This document shows positions 29,517 to 37,868 of a stretch of DNA of 64,000 nucleotides, piece by piece. The notes under the pieces are model-generated. The model searched no databases. It saw only the letters and a program-made list of their open reading frames with translations, and was not told the origin of the DNA. Source of the DNA: an uncultured Planctomycetota bacterium (GTDB lineage: Bacteria > Planctomycetota > Phycisphaerae > Tepidisphaerales > Tepidisphaeraceae); NCBI GenBank assembly GCA_963841915.1, contig CAWJEN010000006.1, positions 587,272 through 651,271 of the forward strand, given 5' to 3'. Position 1 is the stretch's first letter. Every line of letters starts with the position of its first letter. The translations under genes were made by a program, and so were the position numbers.

Positions 29517-30437
29517 TTACGGGCAGGGAACAGCGGCGGCTTCGGCAAAACCGTCGCGCATCGCGTCGCGTAGTCGCGTGCGGCCGGGTCGGTCATCAAG
29601 CTGGTCAATCACGTCCCGCGCCACCGCCGACACCGCGTCTCGCAAAGGCGGCAGGTCGAGGCGACACAGCTCGTCGCGCAGCACGTTGAGATAGTGCCGA
29701 AGCCGAACCCGCGAATCGTCCAGGTCGTCACCGTCTTTCGTCTGCCCAAACGAGCGATCGGCGTCGTTGTAGATGCGTCGCACCGGAATCTCGCGAATCC
29801 GCAGCCCGTCGGCGTACGCGCGCGGCCACAGCTGCATCGGGAACGCGTAACCCGCTTCGTCAAGGTCCAGCGCACAAGTGGGACCGACGCGGTGGGCTTT
29901 AAATCCGCAGAACGTGTCGCTCAGCGTCCAGCCGAACAAATCGTTGACGGTCGCGGTGAGGATTAGATTGACGAGCCTTCGTTCCGGTGGCGGAAGATCA
30001 CCACCGGCCGCCTCGGGGCAGTACCGCGTGCCGCTGATGATGTCGGCATCGTCGTCCTGAATCGCCTCGACGAAGCCCGGGAGGTTGGCCGGGTCGTGCT
30101 GCTCGTCGCAGTCCATCGTGATAACCCAGTCGTACCCGCGGGCGTGTGCCCAGTCGAATGCCGTCATGAGCGCGCCGCCGTACCCGCGGTTGTTGTCGTG
30201 ACGGACGTGGTGGATGTCACCTGTCTCTGCTGCCGACTCGAGCAAAGCCGTGGTGCCGTCGGTTGAAGCGTCGTCGACCATCAGCGTGTCGTACGGCACC
30301 TCCTCCAACAGCCGCGGCAACAACTTGGCGGCATGACCGACCTCGTTATGCACCGGGATCGCGACCAGAAGCCGCGGGAGGTCCGTTACGTCAAGAGCAC
30401 CTGGCACAGCTTGAACACTACGCGACGACCCGTACAT
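29517..30437 (-). CDS. GT2 glycosyltransferase (polyprenol-phosphate sugar transferase-like)
   Basis: Trimmed to the ATG at 30437 so that it does not overlap the upstream gene. Contains LLVAIPVHNE, MVDDASTDGT and ITMDCDEQHDP (DxD-type). Confidence 0.8.
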   Translation of the reverse strand: MYGSSRSVQAVPGALDVTDLPRLLVAIPVHNEVGHAAKLLPRLLEEVPYDTLMVDDASTDGTTALLESAAETGDIHHVRHDNNRGYGGALMTAFDWAHARGYDWVITMDCDEQHDPANLPGFVEAIQDDDADIISGTRYCPEAAGGDLPPPERRLVNLILTATVNDLFGWTLSDTFCGFKAHRVGPTCALDLDEAGYAFPMQLWPRAYADGLRIREIPVRRIYNDADRSFGQTKDGDDLDDSRVRLRHYLNVLRDELCRLDLPPLRDAVSAVARDVIDQLDDRPGRTRLRDAMRDGFAEAAAVPCP

Positions 30438-30477
30438 CGGCCAACTGTCAGAAGTATGGCACGTCAAAGCGCCTGGA

Positions 30478-31872
30478 TCAGCCAGGGAGCTTGATCTGCC
30501 GACTGTTGCCTTGTGTGATGGTGACGTCATCGTCCATCCACACGTCGCGGGCGAATCCGTTCGAGCGAACATCGTCGAGACGCATGTCGTCGATCGAAAC
30601 GCCGCAGCTCAGCCGCAACGCCGCCGGCCAGTCGGCGGTGGCGTTGTCGCCGACGTAGTTGAGCTCAACGTCCTGCAGACGCACCGACTCGCAGCGCCCG
30701 AAATTGAAGGTGAGTGCGCCCAGATCGGTCTGCGTGAATGTTTGCGCGTACGAACCGCCGAGGGTGTAGACGTCGCCGGTGACGAGCTTTGCTAGGAAGG
30801 TCGTGTTGAGATCGTCGGCATCTTGTGCCAGGAGCGTCGAACGGATGCAGCTCATCGTCAGGCCGATGATGTCATGCTCGATGTTGAAGAAGAATGGCCC
30901 GCGGTGAGTCGCGTTGATGTTCCGCAGTGACAAGTTCTTCACCGCGTGGTAGACGCAGATGACCGGGCCTTTCCAGTCGACGATGTGCACGTTCTCGATC
31001 GTGATGTCGCGATGCTCGTCCGGTGAAGGCCACTCCCAGTCGGGGCGAATCTGGGTGCCGCCGTCCCAGCCAATTTTGATGGCGGCGTCGGAACCCTTGC
31101 CGGGCGAATTGATGATCGTGAGGTTGGAGAAGTGGAGCCCTTCGAGCGGGCGACCTTTGCTGGCGATGGTGCGGATGATTCCGCTACCGTGCAGGTTGCG
31201 GGCGGTGACGTTGGAGACCTCGACGCCGCGGATCAAACCGCCCGGGCGTGCGCTGGTGAGGGACGAGTCGATGGCGATGGCGTCGTCGCCGAAGTCGCCG
31301 GTGATGCCGTTGATGACGACGCGTTCTGCGGGTCCGACGATGTGCACGCCATCCTGCCACGGGTGCTTACCGTCCTGGAAGAAGTTGATGTCGCGGATGT
31401 GGACGTCTTGCGCGTCTTCGACGCGCAGGCCCCACCCGGCGGTGCGGCCGATGCGGCAACCTGTGATCCACAAGCCGTTGACCCCGCGAATTAAAACGCC
31501 ACCCGCACCTTTGCCGAGACCTTCGGTGGCGACACCGTCAAAACTCGATCGGCCGTCGCCGATGATGCTGATCTGATCATCACGGCCTTCAGGCTCGAAT
31601 GAAGCCGAGTTTCTGAGAATGCACCCGCGCATGGTGTCAGCCGCTACGACCCGTGCCCCGCGGAGCAGCAGGGTGGTGTGGCTCGGCAGGACGATTGGAC
31701 GATCCAGCACCCACGAGCCGTTGTCGCCAGGTCCGTCGGGTCCGATGCCGATGACGCGACTTGTCCGTTCGGCTAGAGCGGTCAGAGTGCGTTCGATAGC
31801 ATCTGAAGCAGACTCTTCGCCCACGGGTGAGACCCAGCGAACCCCTTCCTGCTGGTGGATCATGATGCTCAT
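30478..31872 (-). CDS. right-handed parallel beta-helix (pectin-lyase fold) protein, GH28-like
   Basis: Repeated beta-helix coils are visible (ITGCRIG..., VHIRDINFF..., VVINGITGDFGDDAIAIDS, VEVSNVTARNLHGSGI). No signal peptide is seen. Confidence 0.7.
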   Translation of the reverse strand: MSIMIHQQEGVRWVSPVGEESASDAIERTLTALAERTSRVIGIGPDGPGDNGSWVLDRPIVLPSHTTLLLRGARVVAADTMRGCILRNSASFEPEGRDDQISIIGDGRSSFDGVATEGLGKGAGGVLIRGVNGLWITGCRIGRTAGWGLRVEDAQDVHIRDINFFQDGKHPWQDGVHIVGPAERVVINGITGDFGDDAIAIDSSLTSARPGGLIRGVEVSNVTARNLHGSGIIRTIASKGRPLEGLHFSNLTIINSPGKGSDAAIKIGWDGGTQIRPDWEWPSPDEHRDITIENVHIVDWKGPVICVYHAVKNLSLRNINATHRGPFFFNIEHDIIGLTMSCIRSTLLAQDADDLNTTFLAKLVTGDVYTLGGSYAQTFTQTDLGALTFNFGRCESVRLQDVELNYVGDNATADWPAALRLSCGVSIDDMRLDDVRSNGFARDVWMDDDVTITQGNSRQIKLPG

Positions 31873-32147
31873 GTGGCTTTAGGCTGAGTGTCGAGTGCGT
31901 CGGGGCGTCTTGAAGGCGGTGCAGCACCTTCCGCGGCACCTCGTCGGCAGGCTGCGGAGAGACCTTGTGGTCAGGAAGATTGGTACTGCCCCGGCTGCCG
32001 ACGCGGCCATGTCCCATGGGCTCACACCTGCCGGTTGGCTGGTTCCGAGGCTTCGTGCAAGAGCAAACAACCTACTTCATGGACCCATATTGGTCAAGAT
32101 GCCTGGCAGGCGAACCCAATTTGAGCATCACGACGTGTTTCGTGGCA

Positions 32148-32798
32148 TCAGTCGCGTTGCAAGTCGGCAGGCTTGAAGGCGTCCGGTTCGAAGGTGAACA
32201 GGCGGACCTCGTCGATTGAACCTTCGAAGCCGCCTGTCTCCTTGCCCTGGTTGAGGGCGATGGCCGCGCCCTCGCCGGCCTTGTAGCCCCAAGGCACTGA
32301 ATCGGCGGAGCCGGCGTCGCGACCGTTGACGTAGAGAACCGATCGATCTTCATGAATGACGAGAGCCACATGCGACCAGGTATCGAGTGGAAGTTTGTGG
32401 AAGCCGACGGTGGCCCGGCCGTAGATCACGCCCCAAACACCTTCGTTAAATTGCTCGATCCCGAACCCACCGTCGCCGCCGCATCGGACGATGAGTCGGG
32501 CGCCATTGGAGGCGCTTGGGCGGACCCACGCCTCTATGCCGACGTGCTTAGCCGGATTTGCGGGCATCTCTAGCATTTCCAGTCCGGCCTCTCCGTCAAA
32601 CGCAAAGGCATTGTCGGATGCCATAATGGGCGCTGAGTCGGACGTTTTGGGCTCACCGGTAACTCGCCAGATGTTGTCCGCATCGGGTTCACCGAGGCGG
32701 GCGCGTAGGACATCTTCAACTTCAGCCGTCGCTGAGCTGGCAATAGTGGCAGCGGTCAGCAGAAAGGCTGCGAATGCGGCGCGAGTCAGCGTGGTCAT
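32148..32798 (-). CDS. secreted LamG / concanavalin-A-like lectin domain protein
   Basis: Trimmed to the ATG at 32798 (MTTLTRAAFAAFLLTAATIASSATA). Contains WSHVALVIHEDRSVLYVNG and GSIDEVRLFTF, typical of LamG-type jelly rolls. Confidence 0.7.
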   Translation of the reverse strand: MTTLTRAAFAAFLLTAATIASSATAEVEDVLRARLGEPDADNIWRVTGEPKTSDSAPIMASDNAFAFDGEAGLEMLEMPANPAKHVGIEAWVRPSASNGARLIVRCGGDGGFGIEQFNEGVWGVIYGRATVGFHKLPLDTWSHVALVIHEDRSVLYVNGRDAGSADSVPWGYKAGEGAAIALNQGKETGGFEGSIDEVRLFTFEPDAFKPADLQRD

Positions 32799-32899
32799 CG
32801 TGTATACTAGACCCAATCCGGGCACGGCGGACGTGTATCGGCAGTCAGGTTCTGTCGCAGCTTTAAGCTTGTCGGGTAGAAATCGGTTAGTCTTTCATC

Positions 32900-34054
32900 A
32901 TGCCGACCGCGTCCAACGCCGCCTCATCTGCACCGGGAAAGCTCAGTCGGAGCGAGATGGTGACCCGGTTGCGGGCACACGTTGACTCGGGCGAATTCGC
33001 CGAGTCGTTCCCGCTGCCGTCCGAGCGCGTCCTCAGTGACCGCTTTTCCAGCCACCGCACCACAGTGCGACGGGCGCTGAAGCAGTTGATTGACGAGGGT
33101 GTGCTGCGCCGCGAGGGCAGGCGGATCATGATCACCGGCCGTACGAAAGGGTGCCTCAGTGGCACCGCTGCGCTGCTCGTTCCGCCGCCTGTCAAGGACC
33201 ACGAGCCGGAGGTTTGGCGGAGCTGGTCAGAGTACATTACGCTCAACCTGTCACGCGGCATCAGCGAGGCCGGGCTGAATCTGCTGTCGCTGCACCCTGA
33301 CCAATTGACGGCGGACACGCTCGTTCGGCTGGCTCAGATGCGGCCACTGGGGGTGCTGGTGCCAGAGGTCTTTGGGCTCAATACCGCAGCCGTCATCGAG
33401 CTCTGCGATGCGGTGGTCGCCCACGATCTTCGCGTCGTTGTCAGCGGCGGCGACCCTTTGTTTGGCAAGTATGACCGGGTCGCGTCTGATCACGTCTATG
33501 GCGGAAAAATTCTCGCAGAAGCTCTTATCGGGGAACATCGCACCCGCCTGGCTCACGTTGCGGCCGGTTCCTTCGACACGTACTGGATGAAGGCCCGTGC
33601 CGAAGGCGCTGCCGACGCCTGTGCGGCGGCAGGTGTGGCCGAACCGCGGCGGATCATCGTCCCGCCTGTCTTTGCATTGCGAACACAGGACTCGTTCGAC
33701 GCCCACGTCAAGCTCATTGCCGGTCACCTCGTGTCTCACCTGGGCCCGCAGCTCGACGTCGACGCACTGATGGTGGCGAGCGATCGCGAAAGCTACGCCG
33801 TCGCGGCGGCGGTGAATTTGTTCGGCAAAGTCCCCGGCCGCGACATCGCGATTTGCGGCTTCGACAACATCTACTCGCTGTGCGAAGAGCGGCAATTCGA
33901 GTCGTTCACGCCGCACTTCACGGTCGACAAACACAACGAAACCATGGGACGGCAGATGCTCGAACTGCTTCGCGACCGGGTCGACGGCAAGTTGCCGCCG
34001 GAACCGCAGCTGCGACTCGTCGAGCCCACGCTGCTACGCCCGGCGGCTGACTGA
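32900..34054 (+). CDS. GntR-type HTH regulator fused to a LacI/PBP-type sugar-binding domain
   Basis: The N-terminal winged HTH is LPSERVLSDRFSSHRTTVRRALKQLIDEGVLRREG. The C-terminal periplasmic-binding-like fold is ALMVASDRESYAVAAAVN..., AICGFDN. Confidence 0.8.
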   Translation: MPTASNAASSAPGKLSRSEMVTRLRAHVDSGEFAESFPLPSERVLSDRFSSHRTTVRRALKQLIDEGVLRREGRRIMITGRTKGCLSGTAALLVPPPVKDHEPEVWRSWSEYITLNLSRGISEAGLNLLSLHPDQLTADTLVRLAQMRPLGVLVPEVFGLNTAAVIELCDAVVAHDLRVVVSGGDPLFGKYDRVASDHVYGGKILAEALIGEHRTRLAHVAAGSFDTYWMKARAEGAADACAAAGVAEPRRIIVPPVFALRTQDSFDAHVKLIAGHLVSHLGPQLDVDALMVASDRESYAVAAAVNLFGKVPGRDIAICGFDNIYSLCEERQFESFTPHFTVDKHNETMGRQMLELLRDRVDGKLPPEPQLRLVEPTLLRPAAD

Positions 34055-34208
34055 AACCCGACATTGTCTGCCAACGGGCGTGGTGGCGGCAGCATTGTGA
34101 GTTGTGCCCAAATCGGGTACAGTCGACAACTTCCTGGCGTGATGTGTCCGTAGTCGTTCCGTGCGAGCGGTGTCACCTCAGGAACAACCTGTATCCTGAG
34201 GAGGATCG

Positions 34209-37200
34209 ATGGCCGCCGACCAGATTATCAACCGTGCTTCTCCTAAAGCCGTCGCGTCGCGCAACATCTGCGAACCTCTCGAGCCGCGCCAACTGCTCGC
34301 CGCAGAGCCGGTTCTAGCCGAGAGGACGTGGGACTTCATCGATTCGATCGGCATTAACCGGCAGTATGGCGTAACAGAGGCCGACATCAGTGACGTCGGC
34401 ATCCGCCACCTGCGGGGTTCGCTGATCGGTTTCACCCAAGGCTCGTCGCCTTCGGAGGATGTTGCGAAGCGGATCTACGACGACAATGGCATCAAGTCGA
34501 CCATCCTGATCACCGGCGAGTACAACAAGTCTCCGCAGACGATGATCAACGAGATCAATCGCTTCGACCCGCAAGGGGTCAGCTTGATTGAGGGGATGAA
34601 CGAGGTCGACAACAGCTTTGTCCCGACGTCGTTCTACTACCAGATGGCCGGTTTCGATCAGGGTGTCGACTCAGTCAAAGAATCGCAGCGACAGGTGTAC
34701 GAAGCCATTCGGTCAGATCCCGACTGGGACAACGTGATGCTGGCGAACTTCACGATGATCTTCGACCGCAGTCAGGCGGCGCCGTTCTACGACTACGACC
34801 TGCTCAACGAGCACAGCTATCAGGGGCGTGAAAAGCCTGAAAGTACGAATCTTGGCAACTGGTATGACGATGCCCGTGACGTCGAGCCGGACGGGCTGGC
34901 CAAAAAGCCGATCGTTATCACCGAGACCGGCTACACGACGAATTATAACGCGACGCGGCAGGTCCCGGAAGTCGCTCAGTCCAAGTACACGCCGCGTCTG
35001 TTTGCGTCGTACTTCAAGAAGGGCGTGGCCCGGACCTTTCTCTTCTCCTTCGGCAACTTGGAAGGTTACGGCCTCAAGCGCGATGACGGGTCGCTCAAGC
35101 CGTCTTACTCAGCTGTCAAGAACCTGATTTCGACGCTTTCGGAGGAAACATGGGACGTGGGGCAAAAGCGATGGGAACTGCCCAACGGTTCCCCTGCCGG
35201 CCGCGTCTTTGATCCGGGGTATCTCGACTACGAAGTCACCGGCGGAGCCGTCGAGCAGCTCTTGCTCCAGCAGTCCGACGGTGACTTTTACTTGATGCTC
35301 TGGCAAAACAAGCGGGTGACAGACCCCAATGCCAGCGACTCGAAGAATGTCATCAACAACCCCGACGTCAACGTCACGATCAACCTCGACACGGCGATCA
35401 ATTCAAGCGTGACGAGCTACCGTCAGAATGCAGACGGCAGCTACACCACGAGTGCTTTGTCTGCCAGTGGAGCTGCCGGAAGTCAGTCGGTGACGCTTCC
35501 TGTCGGTGATGCGGTCACGCTCGTGAAGTTGACGCCGAGCGGTGGATTAGCGGCGACGTTGGGGGGCGCAGAATTCGGTGCCCAGCTTGCCGCCGTCAAC
35601 GTCGGCGGAGCACAAAACGGCGCTTTCGCTGCCGACGCGCCTGCGAACGCTTACACCTACGTGACCCCATCAACTCCGGGTGGCGTCGTCTCAAGGTCGA
35701 GAGCAATCAACATGTCCGGCGTCGCAAGCGGCACGCCGGCTTCGATCTTCCAGTCGGGCCGCGAAGGAACTTCGACCGTCAGCATTGATGGTCTGAGATC
35801 GGGTGAGACGTACAAGGTTCGACTCCACTTTGCCGAAGACTCGGCCGCCGTGACGGCGGCGGGACAACGCACGTTCCACGTCTGGATCAACGGCGAGCAG
35901 GTTCTGGAGAACTACGACATTTATGCCGACGCCAACGGGGCGAACAAGGCGGTCTCACGGGACTTCTTTGTCGGCGGGCATCCGGGTGGTGCCATCAGCG
36001 TTCAGCTCTTCGATGGCGACGCCGGCAAGGCCCTGATCAACGGCGTCGAAGTCTTCGTTCGCGGCGACGACGGGCAACGGGCGCTGGTCCCGCAGGGCGA
36101 GGACGGCCGAATCTCGCGGAGCGACAACGGCGGCGGCCTGTCAACGTCCAGCGTCACCTCGTCGAGCATCCTGGCAGGCACCTACCAGAGCATTGATGCC
36201 AACGCTGTGCTCGTCTTCCAGCTGCCAACGCTTGCCCCCGGAGAACTCTTCACTTCCGGGTCCTTCGGCGTGAAAGTCGCCGAGAACTTCGGCGGCTTGA
36301 ACTCGTGGAACCTTGACCTCTACGGGCTCGGTGCCCGCGCAAGTGCCGATATTCTCGGCAGCGACTACTACAACGGCTCCGACGACACCACCGATGCCGT
36401 CAAGCTCAGCGACAACTTCATCGCCAGGTACACCACGGGTCTTCCTGCAGTCGAGACATCGCCGTCGCTCGGTTCGACCATCGCCGACTACCTCAACACG
36501 CAGTACGCCGGTGGCGACAACGCGGGTAAGTACGTGTTTCTGCGTCTGAGCCCCGACGCATCGGGCTCGAACCTGCCCAATGACCGCATCCTGAAAGTGC
36601 TCAGCAACGAAGCATCGTCGATTCAGGATCGGCCGTTCCTGCGCTACGAAACCAATCTTGCCGACCTCGGCGGGGCGGCGGGCGCTTTCCTGCAGGATGA
36701 ATCGGGCAGCAACCTCGTCAGTATGGAGGCCGAGCACTACAGGTCCAACGTCGACGGAACTACCGATTTCTGGGTACAACAGACCGGCAGCGGGTCCGGA
36801 AACGCCTCCATGTTCGCCGGGCCGGACGACGGCACGACCAACAATTCCAACTTCGTCTCCGACAGTCCGCGGCTCGACTTCGACATCAACTTCAAGACGA
36901 CCGGAACCCACTACGTCTGGATTCGAGGCGCAGCTCCGGCGACCAACAGCGGCGGGGGCGATTCGGTGCACGTCGGTCTCAATGGCAGTGCCGTCGCTTC
37001 AGCCGACCGCATCTCCGGGTTTGGAGCCAACGCCTTCAACTGGATCAGCCAGACCATGGACGGCTCGAGCCGTGCGACGATCAACATCACGAGCACCGGC
37101 ATTCAGACGCTGAACGTCTGGATGCGTGAGGACGGCTTTGACTTCGACAAGATCGTCTTGACGAAGTCCTCGAGCTACACGCCCAGCGGCGTCGGGCCGG

Positions 37201-37805
37201 CCGAGAGTGACCGTGTGCCCAGTGTGCTGCCCGAACTACGCCAGGCCGAAGATGCCGTGCTGGGCGGCGGGACTGTGGTGGCGACGACCTCGGTCGGCTT
37301 CCGCGGCACGGGCTATGCCAATCCCGGTGCAGCCGGCTCCTACATCGACTTCACCGACGTCGTCGGCGGCCTGCAACGCACGTTCACCTTCCGGTACACC
37401 AACGGCTCGGTCGCTAGTCGCACCGCCGACTTGAAGGTCAACGGGTCCGTCGTCGGCACCATCACTGCGTCTCCGACGGGTAGCTGGAACAACTGGTCAA
37501 CCGTTTCTGCGACGCTCGATCTTCCAGCCGGTAACAACACGGTCCGACTCGAGGCGACCGGTCAGGACTGGGGTCACGTCGACGAGGTCGAGATCTCCGG
37601 AAACGCGGTCGCTGCCTCACCTGCAGGAAGGTTCGGCCAAGCCCGTGAGACAGATGTCGGCCGCGAATTGCAACCGGTCAGCTCCGGCCACATCGTTCGA
37701 CCCGGCGTAGCGGCAACTCGCCTCTTTGCCGATGGAGCCAGCCCCCTTTTCCCAGGTTTTACCGATGAGGCGGTTCTGGACGAGCCGTGGGCCTTGTTTG
37801 CCTGA
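34209..37805 (+). CDS. 1198-aa multidomain glycosidase-like protein (clan GH-A-type TIM barrel + malectin-like + CBM6/35-like modules)
   Basis: TIM barrel with EGMNEVDN (acid/base-type NE) and IVITETGYT (nucleophile-type). Malectin-like TFHVWINGEQVLENYDIYADANGANKAVSRDF. A CBM-like block runs EAEHYRSN...GDSVHVGLNG...FDFDKIVLT. The C-terminal CBM6/35-like block runs GYANPGAAGSYIDF...NGSVVGTI...WNNWSTVSATLDLPAGNNTVRLEA. The N-terminus carries EPLEPRQLLAAE instead of a hydrophobic signal peptide. Confidence 0.8.
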   Translation: MAADQIINRASPKAVASRNICEPLEPRQLLAAEPVLAERTWDFIDSIGINRQYGVTEADISDVGIRHLRGSLIGFTQGSSPSEDVAKRIYDDNGIKSTILITGEYNKSPQTMINEINRFDPQGVSLIEGMNEVDNSFVPTSFYYQMAGFDQGVDSVKESQRQVYEAIRSDPDWDNVMLANFTMIFDRSQAAPFYDYDLLNEHSYQGREKPESTNLGNWYDDARDVEPDGLAKKPIVITETGYTTNYNATRQVPEVAQSKYTPRLFASYFKKGVARTFLFSFGNLEGYGLKRDDGSLKPSYSAVKNLISTLSEETWDVGQKRWELPNGSPAGRVFDPGYLDYEVTGGAVEQLLLQQSDGDFYLMLWQNKRVTDPNASDSKNVINNPDVNVTINLDTAINSSVTSYRQNADGSYTTSALSASGAAGSQSVTLPVGDAVTLVKLTPSGGLAATLGGAEFGAQLAAVNVGGAQNGAFAADAPANAYTYVTPSTPGGVVSRSRAINMSGVASGTPASIFQSGREGTSTVSIDGLRSGETYKVRLHFAEDSAAVTAAGQRTFHVWINGEQVLENYDIYADANGANKAVSRDFFVGGHPGGAISVQLFDGDAGKALINGVEVFVRGDDGQRALVPQGEDGRISRSDNGGGLSTSSVTSSSILAGTYQSIDANAVLVFQLPTLAPGELFTSGSFGVKVAENFGGLNSWNLDLYGLGARASADILGSDYYNGSDDTTDAVKLSDNFIARYTTGLPAVETSPSLGSTIADYLNTQYAGGDNAGKYVFLRLSPDASGSNLPNDRILKVLSNEASSIQDRPFLRYETNLADLGGAAGAFLQDESGSNLVSMEAEHYRSNVDGTTDFWVQQTGSGSGNASMFAGPDDGTTNNSNFVSDSPRLDFDINFKTTGTHYVWIRGAAPATNSGGGDSVHVGLNGSAVASADRISGFGANAFNWISQTMDGSSRATINITSTGIQTLNVWMREDGFDFDKIVLTKSSSYTPSGVGPAESDRVPSVLPELRQAEDAVLGGGTVVATTSVGFRGTGYANPGAAGSYIDFTDVVGGLQRTFTFRYTNGSVASRTADLKVNGSVVGTITASPTGSWNNWSTVSATLDLPAGNNTVRLEATGQDWGHVDEVEISGNAVAASPAGRFGQARETDVGRELQPVSSGHIVRPGVAATRLFADGASPLFPGFTDEAVLDEPWALFA

Positions 37806-37868
37806 TGGCGTCAATGAACCCGCAACGTGCCCTTGCCGCTGTATGAGTGCCCGATTTTGAGTGAACCA

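Noticed and set aside
35870-35890. parS-like string GTTCCACGT inside the 1198-aa gene
   Set aside because: Only the left half-site and centre match (about 9 of 16 positions) and the right half is unrelated. It simply encodes FHV in the malectin-like domain. A second half-site, CACGTGAAAC near 24608-24626, matches only about 10 of 16 and is also coding.
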